Below, one piece after another: positions 50,544 to 59,745 of a stretch of 64,000 nt of DNA (position 1 is the first letter of the stretch; each line of letters begins with the position of its first letter). Source of the stretch: Methanobacteriota archaeon (GTDB lineage Archaea > Thermoplasmatota > Thermoplasmata > RBG-16-68-12 > JAJISG01); assembly GCA_030594205.1 (NCBI GenBank), contig JAUVFR010000006.1:629-64628 (forward strand), given 5' to 3'. The notes beneath the pieces are model-generated. The model saw only the letters and a program-made list of their open reading frames with translations, ran no database searches and was not told the origin of the DNA. The translations under genes were made by a program, and so were the position numbers.

Positions 50544-51179
50544 TTACCGCCCGTTGCGGCGTACCGGCAGGGGGATGAGACGCCGGAGCTGGGCGCCCAC
50601 CTTCTCTCCCTTCTCCGCCGGTTTGGATCCCTTCTCCTCGTACTCCCCCTCCAGGAGCCGGCTGAGGTAGTCGTCGACGAACGGGACTTCCTCCACGATC
50701 CCGCTCCAGTCCCGGAGCTCGTCCCCATGGTTCCGCTCGAGATCGTCGAGGGCCCTCTGCATCTGGGCGATGATGTCCTCGGGAGGATCGCCCCGGATCA
50801 TTGTCGCCAGGACCGCGTGCTGGCCGGACACGATGGAGATCTTCAGTTCGCCAAAGGACATCTCGTTGAGCTCCCCCGATTCCCCCTTGAAGGCGTCCCG
50901 AATGAACTCTTGGACGGCCCGAAGCATGCCGGAGAGGATGTCGCTGTCCGCGTAGGGCTTCAGACGTCGCGTGAGGTGGCGGAGGAGGGTGCCGCTGCGC
51001 TGGAGGAGGAAGACCTCCTCCACGTACGTCTCCCGGGTCTCCGTGCCTTCCGTCTTTCTCCTGCGCCTCCGGAGGTTTCTGAGCATTTGATACGTGATGA
51101 GCGAGAGCCAGACACCCTGAATCGCGATGACACCAACGACCAGAATGATGATTGCATCCGCGACCCCTTGGGTGACCAT
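50544..51179 (-). CDS. Single-pass membrane protein with cytoplasmic longin/roadblock-like domain
   Basis: N-terminal TM followed by RRRRRK; VEEVFLL..SG.LL.H...D.DILSGML.AVQ.FI.DAF...L.EM.FG..KI pattern (fold call is inference). Confidence 0.7.
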   Translation of the reverse strand: MVTQGVADAIIILVVGVIAIQGVWLSLITYQMLRNLRRRRRKTEGTETRETYVEEVFLLQRSGTLLRHLTRRLKPYADSDILSGMLRAVQEFIRDAFKGESGELNEMSFGELKISIVSGQHAVLATMIRGDPPEDIIAQMQRALDDLERNHGDELRDWSGIVEEVPFVDDYLSRLLEGEYEEKGSKPAEKGEKVGAQLRRLIPLPVRRNGR

Positions 51180-51267
51180 GATGTGCCTCGCAGAGGTGCC
51201 CCGAAATCGCTGGCGCCCGAATCAGAGTGCACCGAATCCCGGGGAGAGAGGCCTCTTCGGGTCGGAG

Positions 51268-51291
51268 CATAAACCTTGGCTCCTGACTATC
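51268..51291 (-). promoter_or_regulatory. Promoter of the longin-like gene: GATAG element and TTTATG box
   Basis: GATAG begins at 51291, TTTATG at 51273 (18 nt offset). Confidence 0.45.
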
Positions 51292-51599
51292 AGCAAGGGA
51301 TGTTGCCTCCGCGTCCGCCCCGCTGCCCGCTATCGCTTGGGCAGCTGGGCCACGGCGGCATCCTGGGTCTCCTCACTCGGAATCGCCCGGACCCGGCTCC
51401 TGCGTTTCACCCCTTCGGGGCCAGAGCCCGCGGAGCCGCCCCAGGAGCCCTCCGAAGCCGCTCAGGGAGAAGCCCTCATCGGCCCATAGATGTTGGAGGA
51501 GGTGTCGAATTCCAATGACCGCCGACAAGCGGATCGGGACCTGCGGGCATCCCGAGATTCTGAAAGGAGATGGGCCTCACTCTGAAGGGAGCACAGGAT

Positions 51600-51637
51600 A
51601 CTGTCGCTCTCGATAACGGCCGCGTTAGGTTTATAAC
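51600..51637 (+). promoter_or_regulatory. Promoter with ACTGTC-N6-GATAAC element and TATA TTTATAAC
   Basis: GATAAC at 51612, TATA at 51630 (18 nt offset). Confidence 0.6.
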
Positions 51638-51663
51638 GAAATAGGCACGAGTTCCCTCGTCCG

Positions 51664-51924
51664 ATGCCAACCGCATCCCCCCTTTTTGAGCTGCAACCGA
51701 CATCCCAGAAGGAAGCGGACGAGTGGATTCTCGTCCTGATCGGCGCCCTCCGGAAGAAATCGGGCAAGGGAGAGTGGAGCCTCCGGATCGTGCATGACGA
51801 CGGGCAGGAACTGGTCTTCGAGTGCGACCCTCCGCTCTCGAACGAGGACGTGTCGGAAGTCTTTGTCCGCTACCACATTCGGTCGATGACCGCGAATGAA
51901 GAAGACCTGAGGGAGGGAGAATGA
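51664..51924 (+). CDS. Small hypothetical protein coupled to GTPase 4
   Basis: ATG ~25 nt after the TATA box; ATGA overlap with the GTPase. Confidence 0.65.
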   Translation: MPTASPLFELQPTSQKEADEWILVLIGALRKKSGKGEWSLRIVHDDGQELVFECDPPLSNEDVSEVFVRYHIRSMTANEEDLREGE

Positions 51925-52481
51925 CGTCGCTGGAGGAGCCTCGGATCAAGCTGAAGATCTGTCTGGTGGGTGAGCCGGCCGTCGGCAAGACGTCTCTCAT
52001 CCGGCGCTTCGTGCGCAACGAGTTCACCGACGACTACACGGTGACCCTGGGGACTCGCATCTCCAAGAAGGAACTCCGCCTCCCGGTCTCCGACGGAGGG
52101 GAACCAGAGGGGGTGACCCTCGTGATCTGGGACATCATGGGTCAGGAGGGCATTCGGGAGCTCCTAAAGGAGGCGTTCTTCCTAGGCGCTCAGGGAATCC
52201 TTATGGTCTGCGACGTGACCCGGCCCGAGACCCTCCCCAGACTAGAGGGCTGGCGGGAGTCGGTCCAAGAGATCGCCGGACCGCTGCCTTCCTACCTCCT
52301 CGCCAGCAAGGCCGATCTGACCGACCAGGCGTCGTTGCCTGAGACAGACCTGGCCGCGACATGTCAAGGATGGAATTGCTCCTGGCAGTTCAGCAGCGCA
52401 AAGACCGGTCAGGGCGTCGAAGAAGCCTTCGAGATTCTCACTCGCACGGTCCTCAATGGACAGCGCGCACCCGCGCAGTAG
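51921..52481 (+). CDS. Rab-like small GTPase 4
   Basis: GEPAVGKTS, YTVTLG, WDIMGQ, SKAD (variant G4), SAK. Confidence 0.92.
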   Translation: MTSLEEPRIKLKICLVGEPAVGKTSLIRRFVRNEFTDDYTVTLGTRISKKELRLPVSDGGEPEGVTLVIWDIMGQEGIRELLKEAFFLGAQGILMVCDVTRPETLPRLEGWRESVQEIAGPLPSYLLASKADLTDQASLPETDLAATCQGWNCSWQFSSAKTGQGVEEAFEILTRTVLNGQRAPAQ

Positions 52482-52529
52482 TTCGTCCTATGCCCGAGGA
52501 TCCGCCTCCACTGTGCAGAATCCTCAATC

Positions 52530-53108
52530 TCACAGCACGGCTGGCGCGACACCCTGCTCTGCGAGAATATTCTCGAGGACCTTCTCCCCCAGGGTGTGGA
52601 ACACGGGTTCCACGTTCTCCCCCATCTGTGCGCTCGTGAAATAATAGGGGGAATCAAACGCGGAGGCGTACCCGTCCACCTCGCGCTTGCCCACGAGCAT
52701 TACCGCCTCGTCCCTGAGATCGGACTTGTTGATGGCGTAGACGACCGGGACAGGGCCCGCTACCTGGAAGACCGACTCGACCCACTCGTCGAGAGCCCGA
52801 AGGGTGGAGTGGCGGATGATGTCACACACGGCGATGATGCCCTGGGTCCCGAGGAAGAAGGCCTCCCGAAGGAGGTCACGAACCTGCTTCTCACCCATAA
52901 TGTCCCAGATGAGCATATCCATGTTGACGACGCCCTCCGTGCCCGGCATCCGCATCCGGAGCTCCTTTTTCGAGATCTTGGCACCCAGCGTGGTGATGTA
53001 CCCTTCGTCGAACTCGTCCAAGACGTATCGCCGAATCAGACTGGACTTGCCGACGGCGGCCTCGCCGATAATACAGATCTTGACCTTGATGCGTTCACCG
53101 GGTTCCAC
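52530..53108 (-). CDS. Rab-like small GTPase 5
   Basis: GEAAVGKSS, YITTLG, WDIMGE, NKSD, SAQ. Confidence 0.92.
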   Translation of the reverse strand: MEPGERIKVKICIIGEAAVGKSSLIRRYVLDEFDEGYITTLGAKISKKELRMRMPGTEGVVNMDMLIWDIMGEKQVRDLLREAFFLGTQGIIAVCDIIRHSTLRALDEWVESVFQVAGPVPVVYAINKSDLRDEAVMLVGKREVDGYASAFDSPYYFTSAQMGENVEPVFHTLGEKVLENILAEQGVAPAVL

Positions 53109-53257
53109 GAGGATCCCCCGCGTCCTTCTGTCCCGGCACCCTCGTTATTAACCTGCCGAACCAATTCTCAGATCGTGTCCAGAATCGACGAGCGCGGTTC
53201 GCAGTCGTACGAAGGGCGGAGGAACGCTCTTAAGCGGGACATGCCACTCCGCCACAC

Positions 53258-54073
53258 ATGGGACGCATCGGCCGTGGCTGGGAAATGAGCAAGATCAGCT
53301 TCGGCATTCTGCGTCGAGACAAAGAGCTCGTTCTGTTCCCCTTCCTCTCCCTCCTCGTCTCGGGTCTCGCGTGGGGTCTCCTCCTGGCGAGCATCTTTTT
53401 CCTCGACATCCCCTTCTTCAACCAATTCACCGGGAACCCGCCTCTCTTCTATGGTTTCCTGCTTCTCTTCTACTTCCTCACCGCTTTCGTGGCGGTGTAC
53501 TTCCAGGCGGCCGTGGTGGGCTCGGCGATGATCCGATTGGGGGGCGGAAAACCCACCGTGGGGGATGCGCTCCGCCAAGCCAACAGGCACATTGGGAAGC
53601 TTCTCCTGTGGGCCCTCCTCACGGCCACCGTGGGTCTCATCCTGCGGGCCATCCGGAGGCAGGCCGGCTTTCTGGGTAGACTCATTGCGGGCGCGCTTGG
53701 CGTGACCTGGGCCCTGGCCACTTCCATGGCGATCCCCGTCATTGTGACTGAAGGGCTCGGACCCTGGGCGGCCTTGAAGCGCTCCGCTCACCTCTTCAGG
53801 CAGGCCTGGGGAGAGACCATCGTAGGCGGCTTCGGCGTCGGCCTCGTCCTGGTCCTACTGGCCCTCGTCGGGCTGCTCCCGCTGGTGATTGGGTTCCTCC
53901 TGGGATCAGGCACCGCACTCCTCGTGGGGGGCGGGATCGCCCTGGCCTACTGGTTCGTCCTCGCTCTCGTCTGGGGCGCCGCTCTGCCGGCCTTATCGGC
54001 CGTCCTTTACCGGTACGCGGTCGAAGGCCGTCGGATGCCGGGAATCCCGGAGAACGTTCTGCCTCCCGTCTAA
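53258..54073 (+). CDS. DUF6159-like membrane protein
   Basis: MGR..RGW...K.S...L..DKEL, PVIV.EG.G...A.KRS..L....WGE. Confidence 0.75.
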   Translation: MGRIGRGWEMSKISFGILRRDKELVLFPFLSLLVSGLAWGLLLASIFFLDIPFFNQFTGNPPLFYGFLLLFYFLTAFVAVYFQAAVVGSAMIRLGGGKPTVGDALRQANRHIGKLLLWALLTATVGLILRAIRRQAGFLGRLIAGALGVTWALATSMAIPVIVTEGLGPWAALKRSAHLFRQAWGETIVGGFGVGLVLVLLALVGLLPLVIGFLLGSGTALLVGGGIALAYWFVLALVWGAALPALSAVLYRYAVEGRRMPGIPENVLPPV

Positions 54074-54084
54074 GTCTAGGGGCA

Positions 54085-55182
54085 TCAAGCGGGGCGGAGG
54101 AGACGGACCACATCCTCCCAGCCGGCATTCGTTTTGAAGCCTTTCGGGTGAAAGGAGGTGCGCGTGGACACGAATCCGGCCTCCGCCAGCCTTCGGTGCG
54201 TTTCCACCATGGAAGGAGGCGAGATGCGAAGGTGATGTGCGACCTCATCGGTCGTGTAAAAGAGGGCGGGCGCGGTTGCCTCTGCCCGCCACGTCTCAAG
54301 GAGGCGGTCGAGGAAGGCCGGCATGTGCTCGCGCACACGCATCGCACCCAGGAGGTTCTGATCGTGGAGAGGGCCTGCCCAGAGGGGTCCGGCATCGCCC
54401 TCCGACCCCATGACGCGGTCCTTTCCCTCCGGGAAGCTGACGTGACCGAGTTGAGCGAGGGCCGCGTCGGCCCGGCGGGCCCCGGATCGCACGTGGAAGA
54501 AGAGCTTGTAATAGTGCTCCCGCCAAACGGAGAGTAGTGGCCGAACGGCCAGTTCGAGGCGTGCCGCGGTGCGGAGAACGAAACCTGCGAGGATGCGGAC
54601 ACCCATCTCATGTCGGAACGGGCCACGGATCGGGACGGAGTCGTATCGGCGCCGGCATGTCTTTGGATAGGTACCTGCGAGGGGGGCGGTATCCGTCGCC
54701 GTGACAGCGAGATAGCCCGGCGGCCGAAGAGCGCGCAGCGCGTTCTCGGTAAAAGGCGCGGGGCTCCCGAACGGGTCCACGTCCACGTAATCGAACCGCT
54801 CAGTGGCGAGGAGGGCGTTGAGGTCTTGACAGTGGACACGGACGTCCGCGAGGCCGTTGCGCACGACGTTGTTCCGAATCAGATCGTACGACTCCCGGCG
54901 ACGATCGTTCAAGGTTAACTCGAAGGGGGCGGCCACCTCGAGGCCGAACCGAATGCCCTGTATGCCCGTCGATGCGAGGCCGTCCAGAACTCGGCGCACG
55001 CCCGCGGCGACCACGGTCAGGACGAGGACGGAGATGTGACGGGGGGTCGCCATGGCGGCATTGTAGAAGGGTCCACCCCTGACCTTCCCCGGTCCCCGCC
55101 GGGTATGGTCTGCCGGGACGAGAACCTCCGCGAGGCCCTCCTGAACCGGTATCAGTTCCTCGACGTGGGTTACCGTGCCCAT
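54085..55182 (-). CDS. trm1: tRNA (guanine-26-N2)-dimethyltransferase
   Basis: FYN..M...R, LASTGI.GIR, VDVDPFGSP, VTATD, HE.G.RIL. Confidence 0.92.
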   Translation of the reverse strand: MGTVTHVEELIPVQEGLAEVLVPADHTRRGPGKVRGGPFYNAAMATPRHISVLVLTVVAAGVRRVLDGLASTGIQGIRFGLEVAAPFELTLNDRRRESYDLIRNNVVRNGLADVRVHCQDLNALLATERFDYVDVDPFGSPAPFTENALRALRPPGYLAVTATDTAPLAGTYPKTCRRRYDSVPIRGPFRHEMGVRILAGFVLRTAARLELAVRPLLSVWREHYYKLFFHVRSGARRADAALAQLGHVSFPEGKDRVMGSEGDAGPLWAGPLHDQNLLGAMRVREHMPAFLDRLLETWRAEATAPALFYTTDEVAHHLRISPPSMVETHRRLAEAGFVSTRTSFHPKGFKTNAGWEDVVRLLRPA

Positions 55183-55718
55183 TCGCCCTTGAGCAACCCC
55201 ACGATCTTGTACGGAAGGAGATTTCGGTTCACGGGCGTCACCTCCAGAATGCGAACGTCGTCCCGCCGTCGAATGTCCTGGAGGAGGGGGTTCCTCGACT
55301 TCTTGTGCAGAGTCAAGATGACGGGCTTCTCCGAGTCTAGAGCGTCCTTCACCGCCTCCACGAACTCTTCGCTCTCCATCTCCATCTTGCCCACTTCATC
55401 GACGACGACGATGTTGGCCTCCTCTGTCGCCTGGCGTATGGCATTCACCCCAACGCCGTTCAGCGCTTCGATGTCCACGCCGTGCCGCCCCACTTTGACA
55501 TTGGACTCGATCTCTGGCGAAGCCAACAGCTCCCGCTTCTTGGTGGACCAGTCCGTGACCCAGAATCCACGTCGCCGTCCGTCTTTGATAATCGGCTCGG
55601 TCACCATGCCTCCGACCCGGCCGCCTGCCTCTTCTAGCATCTCGATGACTTTCAGGAGGGCGTAGGTCTTTCCTGCATTGGGAAGCCCCGTGATGCCAAT
55701 CTTGAGGCTCGTGACCAT
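55170..55718 (-). CDS. THEP1-family NTPase
   Basis: ITGLPNAGKT, VDEVGKME. Confidence 0.9.
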   Translation of the reverse strand: MVTSLKIGITGLPNAGKTYALLKVIEMLEEAGGRVGGMVTEPIIKDGRRRGFWVTDWSTKKRELLASPEIESNVKVGRHGVDIEALNGVGVNAIRQATEEANIVVVDEVGKMEMESEEFVEAVKDALDSEKPVILTLHKKSRNPLLQDIRRRDDVRILEVTPVNRNLLPYKIVGLLKGEWAR

Positions 55719-55787
55719 GAATCCCCGTGCCCGGAAAGGCGGTCAGGCCTATTAAACACGTACGCGTTGGCCAGTTCGGCCCGCCGC

Positions 55788-56171
55788 CTATCCTCTCGGC
55801 GCCGTTCGACGCATCTCTCGGATGCGCATCAGGGGATAACGGAGCTCCCGTTCGTAGCGTAGCGCCGCCAGGGCTGCTGCCTCGCCGTAGTGTATGCGAA
55901 CCTCGACGTCCAGCATCTCGCCGGTCAGGGGCCGATAGGGGAAGGACCCTTCCGTCCCGCCTCTCGTCGGATCGATGCGAACGCGCACGTTCTCGACGAA
56001 TGGCTGAAGGCGGGTCCCCTCCTCGATCGTGTGGGCGAGCGACTCAGCGTTCTCCGGGGAGACCGGGGCTCCCACGTATTGGTGAAATAAGGATCCCAGC
56101 TTGATGCCAGCCTCGAAGGCGGCCCGCTCTGCGTCCGTACACTCGAAGTAGTCGGCCGTCGGGTCCTCCAT
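55788..56171 (-). CDS. Archaeal dihydroneopterin aldolase family (MptD-like)
   Basis: ERAAFEAGIKLG.LFHQYVG.PV, QPFV, L.YPLM. Confidence 0.82.
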   Translation of the reverse strand: MEDPTADYFECTDAERAAFEAGIKLGSLFHQYVGAPVSPENAESLAHTIEEGTRLQPFVENVRVRIDPTRGGTEGSFPYRPLTGEMLDVEVRIHYGEAAALAALRYERELRYPLMRIREMRRTAPRG

Positions 56172-56223
56172 GCGACCCCCTCATGTGCAAGGGGCGAGGC
56201 GTCTAAGAGTCTTTGCGACGACC

Positions 56224-56958
56224 TCACCCTTCGAGGTGATCTAGAGTCTCACCGAGGCTCCGAAGCACGATGACGTCTGACACGCTATGCCTCCCCCTCC
56301 GATCGATGAGCATCGGGGTCAGCCCGACTTCGGCGGCCCCCCGAACATCGGCCTCGAGGTTGTCGCCGATGTGGACCGCCTCGTGAGGCTCGACGTTCAT
56401 TGCGGTCAGGGCGGCACGAAAGATCTTCGGGTCGGGCTTTTCGACTCCCACCGCATAGGAGTAGGTGACAGACTCAAACCGCCAAGCGAGCCCGAGGTCC
56501 TCAAGCCCTGCGGGCAACTTGTGGGATGCGTTGGAGATGATCCCCAATCGGTATCCCTCCTCCTGCAGCCGCCCAAGCGTCGGTTGGACGTCCTCGAAGA
56601 GATGGCTTTCCACGCCGTCAAAGAGGGTTTGAACCCGATCGAGAATCGCCTCTTCGGGCGGCAAGCCGAGGCGCCGTAGAACGGCCGCATCATGGCGGCG
56701 TAAGAACTCCTCCTCTTGCTCCGGAGGGGGAAAGGCAGACTCCAAGTCATCCTCGGTCCGTCCGCGGAGAGCCCGGATGATGTCGCCTCGGCTGAACTCG
56801 GGTCCTCGCGTCCCCAATCCCTCGACCATCTCCTCCGAGGTCACCTCATAACCGCTGTCTTGGAGGGCTTGAACCCAAATCACATCGGCGCGGGGTTCCG
56901 CCCATGCGAGGGTTCCGCCGAAGTCGAAGAACAGGACCGTGTACCGGCGTGACGCCAT
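56224..56958 (-). CDS. HAD-superfamily hydrolase
   Basis: FDFGGTL, ISN, KPDPKIF, HIGDN..AD. Confidence 0.9.
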   Translation of the reverse strand: MASRRYTVLFFDFGGTLAWAEPRADVIWVQALQDSGYEVTSEEMVEGLGTRGPEFSRGDIIRALRGRTEDDLESAFPPPEQEEEFLRRHDAAVLRRLGLPPEEAILDRVQTLFDGVESHLFEDVQPTLGRLQEEGYRLGIISNASHKLPAGLEDLGLAWRFESVTYSYAVGVEKPDPKIFRAALTAMNVEPHEAVHIGDNLEADVRGAAEVGLTPMLIDRRGRHSVSDVIVLRSLGETLDHLEG

Positions 56959-57063
56959 GACCGCTGGCGCACGCGGATGTTTCCTATAACCCTTTTCGCG
57001 AGTGGAATTGAGGCCAGACGGGGATCCCAGAAACTTATCAGCCGTTCGAAGCTAGCCCGGGTC

Positions 57064-57642
57064 ATGCGACACAAGTTCGACCCCGAAAATCTCGCAATGC
57101 TAACCGATCCGGAGCGGGTCGAATGGCAGAATCCCTTCGCGATTCTCCAGGCGTTCGGTCTCCGATCCGGGATGTCCATGGCCGATGTGGGCTGTGGATC
57201 GGGCTTCTTCTCCCTACCGGCCGCCGAGCTTGTCGGGGACAAAGGGGGCGTCTACGCCATCGACGTGCAGGAAGCGATGCTTTGGGCCCTCCAGGATCGA
57301 CTCCTGGAGCACCGCGTAGCCCGGGTCCTTCCGGTCCTTTCACGCGAGGACCTCATCCCTCTCGCCTCCGACTCGGTGGACTTCGCATTGCTGGTCAACG
57401 CCCTACACGAACTCGACGGGAATGCGACGATTCAAGAGGTGCGCCGGCTCCTGCGGGAAGACGGCCGGTTCGGGGTGGTGGACTGGAAGAAGGAGCCGAT
57501 GGAACGCGGGCCGCCCGTGGAACATCGCATCGCGGTGGACGACGCCCGCGTCTGGATGGTGGAGAACGGATTCGAAGGGGAGGGCGTGGAGGTCGGCCCC
57601 TACCACTACGGACTCCTCCTCTCGGTGGTCGAAAAGGGTTAA
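57064..57642 (+). CDS. Class I SAM-dependent methyltransferase
   Basis: ADVGCGSG, YAID, VDW. Confidence 0.88.
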   Translation: MRHKFDPENLAMLTDPERVEWQNPFAILQAFGLRSGMSMADVGCGSGFFSLPAAELVGDKGGVYAIDVQEAMLWALQDRLLEHRVARVLPVLSREDLIPLASDSVDFALLVNALHELDGNATIQEVRRLLREDGRFGVVDWKKEPMERGPPVEHRIAVDDARVWMVENGFEGEGVEVGPYHYGLLLSVVEKG

Positions 57643-57667
57643 TCGAACCCGGCAGTCCGTAGCCTCG

Positions 57668-58198
57668 ATGAAGCTCATCGGTGTCCTCGGTGGTCAAGAG
57701 CCGGAGGAGAAGTTCCTGACGGTGGCCGAAGAGGTAGGGTACCGGATCGCCCAGGGCGGCGCCGCCGTCATCTGCGGGGGCCTGTCCGGGGTTATGGAGG
57801 CCGCATGCAAGGGGGCGAAGCGAGGGGGTGGACTCAGCATTGGGGTGCTGCCCTCCATTCGGAAGAGCGACGCCAATCCCTACGTCGACATCGTCATCGC
57901 CTCGGGCATGAGCACCGCCCGCAACGTGATCATCGTCCGTTCGGCCGACGCTCTCATCGCCATCGACGGCAGCTACGGGACCCTTTCGGAGATCTCTCAC
58001 GCTTTTGAGCAGCGCAAGCCCGTGGTCGCCCTGGGGAGCTGGGACATGGGGAACCTGGGCGTCCCGCTCGAACTCTACCGGGAGGCCGAGGATCCCCAGG
58101 AAGCGGTGGGCCTGGCCCTCGCGTTGGCAGAGGAGGCGGAAGACTCTCCCATCCCCTTCCGCGGGTCCAGGTCCCTTCCTCGCGGCACCCGGGGCTAG
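57668..58198 (+). CDS. TIGR00725/LOG-family protein
   Basis: CGG..GVMEA, ARN..IV.S.D, GTLSE. Confidence 0.88.
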   Translation: MKLIGVLGGQEPEEKFLTVAEEVGYRIAQGGAAVICGGLSGVMEAACKGAKRGGGLSIGVLPSIRKSDANPYVDIVIASGMSTARNVIIVRSADALIAIDGSYGTLSEISHAFEQRKPVVALGSWDMGNLGVPLELYREAEDPQEAVGLALALAEEAEDSPIPFRGSRSLPRGTRG

Positions 58199-58968
58199 CG
58201 TTTCTCCAGGTCCTCCCCGCCAGCGAAGACCGCCTGGATTCCACTGTACAGGTCCTCGATGCCGTAGGGAATCTCTGACGAGACGGGGGTCAGCCGCCGG
58301 TATACACCGATCGTCTCGAGGGCCTTGAGAAACTCGATGTCAAGGAGCTGTTTCGGACTCCCGCCCTCCTCGACGAGGGCGTCGTACAGGGCGTAGGGGT
58401 CGGAGGACCATCTGAGGACCGCCCGGAGGTCCTCTTCAGAGAGGACGTCGGCCTTGGAGAGGATGTTGAGGAAGGGGAGCGAGTGACGGAACTGGGCGGT
58501 CGCGCTTAGGAGGAGGGAGCTCACGAGGCCCGAGGGGCTTCGCACGAGGATGGGATCGGAGAGGTAGGCGAGGAAGCCGTCGTTGTGACCGAACGCATCA
58601 ATCACCACACGGCTCGACTCTCGGAAGGTGAACAGCTCCATCTGTCCGGGCGTATCCACGAGCAGAAAGTCCGTCTCGAAGCTCTCCAAGACCTTTCCCA
58701 CTTCGTTGACGTGGGCTGCGATCAGGTCGGCCGCGACGATCTGGGCGCCATTGGGACCCAGCTCGTACTCGTCCATGATCTCGGAGAGGCGGATCCAGTC
58801 GCGTATGTCCACGTCCGGCTCGTAAGGCACCGTCTCGGCCCCGGGGTCGAGATTGAGGGTGACCGCATCGTACCCTTGCAGCACCGCCCAGGCGCGGTAG
58901 GCTTCCACGAGGGTACTCTTGCCGCTGCCTGCCGTCCCGACGAAGTACACGATGGGCGTAGGGGCCAC
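58195..58968 (-). CDS. GPN-loop GTPase
   Basis: GTAGSGKS, NLDPG, LGPNG, DTPGQ.E. Confidence 0.93.
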   Translation of the reverse strand: MAPTPIVYFVGTAGSGKSTLVEAYRAWAVLQGYDAVTLNLDPGAETVPYEPDVDIRDWIRLSEIMDEYELGPNGAQIVAADLIAAHVNEVGKVLESFETDFLLVDTPGQMELFTFRESSRVVIDAFGHNDGFLAYLSDPILVRSPSGLVSSLLLSATAQFRHSLPFLNILSKADVLSEEDLRAVLRWSSDPYALYDALVEEGGSPKQLLDIEFLKALETIGVYRRLTPVSSEIPYGIEDLYSGIQAVFAGGEDLEKR

Positions 58969-59007
58969 GCGCCACGAGAGGTCGGGGGCTAATTAAAGCG
59001 TGGGGGA

Positions 59008-59118
59008 CGGGCCTGAAGGGACTTTCGGGGCCACGGGGGCCCTTTCGAACCCTTGACCAATCGGTATCTCCGGAGTGGCCTAAGAGCCGATCGCTCTACC
59101 TAGCTGAGCTACAGGCCC
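59008..59118 (-). tRNA. tRNA-Lys(CUU) with two introns (37/38: 59066-59080; 59/60: 59022-59043)
   Basis: GGGCCTG/CAGGCCC acceptor stem, GCTC/GAGC D stem, ATCGG/CCGAT anticodon stem with CTT, AAGGG/CCCTT T stem; removing both inserts restores 7-nt loops; CCA not encoded. Confidence 0.92.
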
Positions 59119-59266
59119 GTCAGGGGACCATGAGCGGCGGGTGGGCTTAAAGATATTGAGAGGGAGGTGCGGGGCGAGTCTTTATAGAATCCGAAGGGTG
59201 GGAACACCCGTGGACCTCCGGGACCTGGGGGAGCCTCGACTCGAGTACCGTCCCCTCCTCGCAGGC

Positions 59267-59740
59267 CTAGGTGTCCCAATCGTACAACCCGACCCCCCAG
59301 GGGCCCGGGTCCTCCAACAGGGTGATGAGGAGCGCGTAATGGCGGCCCGTTTCGACCTGCACTCGGAAGTAGTCTCCGACGTTCAGTGTGAGGTCTCCAT
59401 CGGCGTCGATATAGGACACGGGTCCGAAGGGGTCGCTCGCGTTGAGGGCCGCCTCGTGTCGGAGGGAACCATTGATCAGGCGGAAACCAAGCTCCTTGAA
59501 GGGCCGGGGGAAGGAGGCCGCCTCGACGGTCACGGTCGTCACAGCATCTGTGGTCTCCCCGACCAACGTGTAGAAGGGATCCCTGGGCTGGCCCTCAAAT
59601 TGCAGGAGGATCGGCAGGAACACGATCCCAAGAACGACGGCGAGGCCGATGGAGGCGCCAGCCGATATGAGCATCACGCGTTTGCCCTGGGGCGAGAGGG
59701 GTCGTCGACGACCCTTGTGTCCACCCTCCGCTTCAGTCAT
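59267..59740 (-). CDS. Hypothetical membrane-anchored extracellular protein
   Basis: Basic N-terminus, one TM, D.DGD..L..GD motif. Confidence 0.65.
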   Translation of the reverse strand: MTEAEGGHKGRRRPLSPQGKRVMLISAGASIGLAVVLGIVFLPILLQFEGQPRDPFYTLVGETTDAVTTVTVEAASFPRPFKELGFRLINGSLRHEAALNASDPFGPVSYIDADGDLTLNVGDYFRVQVETGRHYALLITLLEDPGPWGVGLYDWDT

Positions 59741-59745
59741 CCCGC

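Noticed and set aside
51300-51600. Small ORFs in the spacer between the longin-like gene and the 86-aa gene
   Set aside because: No convincing start, RBS or protein-like composition; left unannotated
58195-58968. GPN-loop GTPase as part of the Rab-like system
   Set aside because: It is a widely conserved SIMIBI-class archaeal housekeeping GTPase, unrelated to the Ras-like paralogues
59267-59740. Archaeal type IV pilin
   Set aside because: No convincing class III signal peptide cleavage motif directly before the hydrophobic segment
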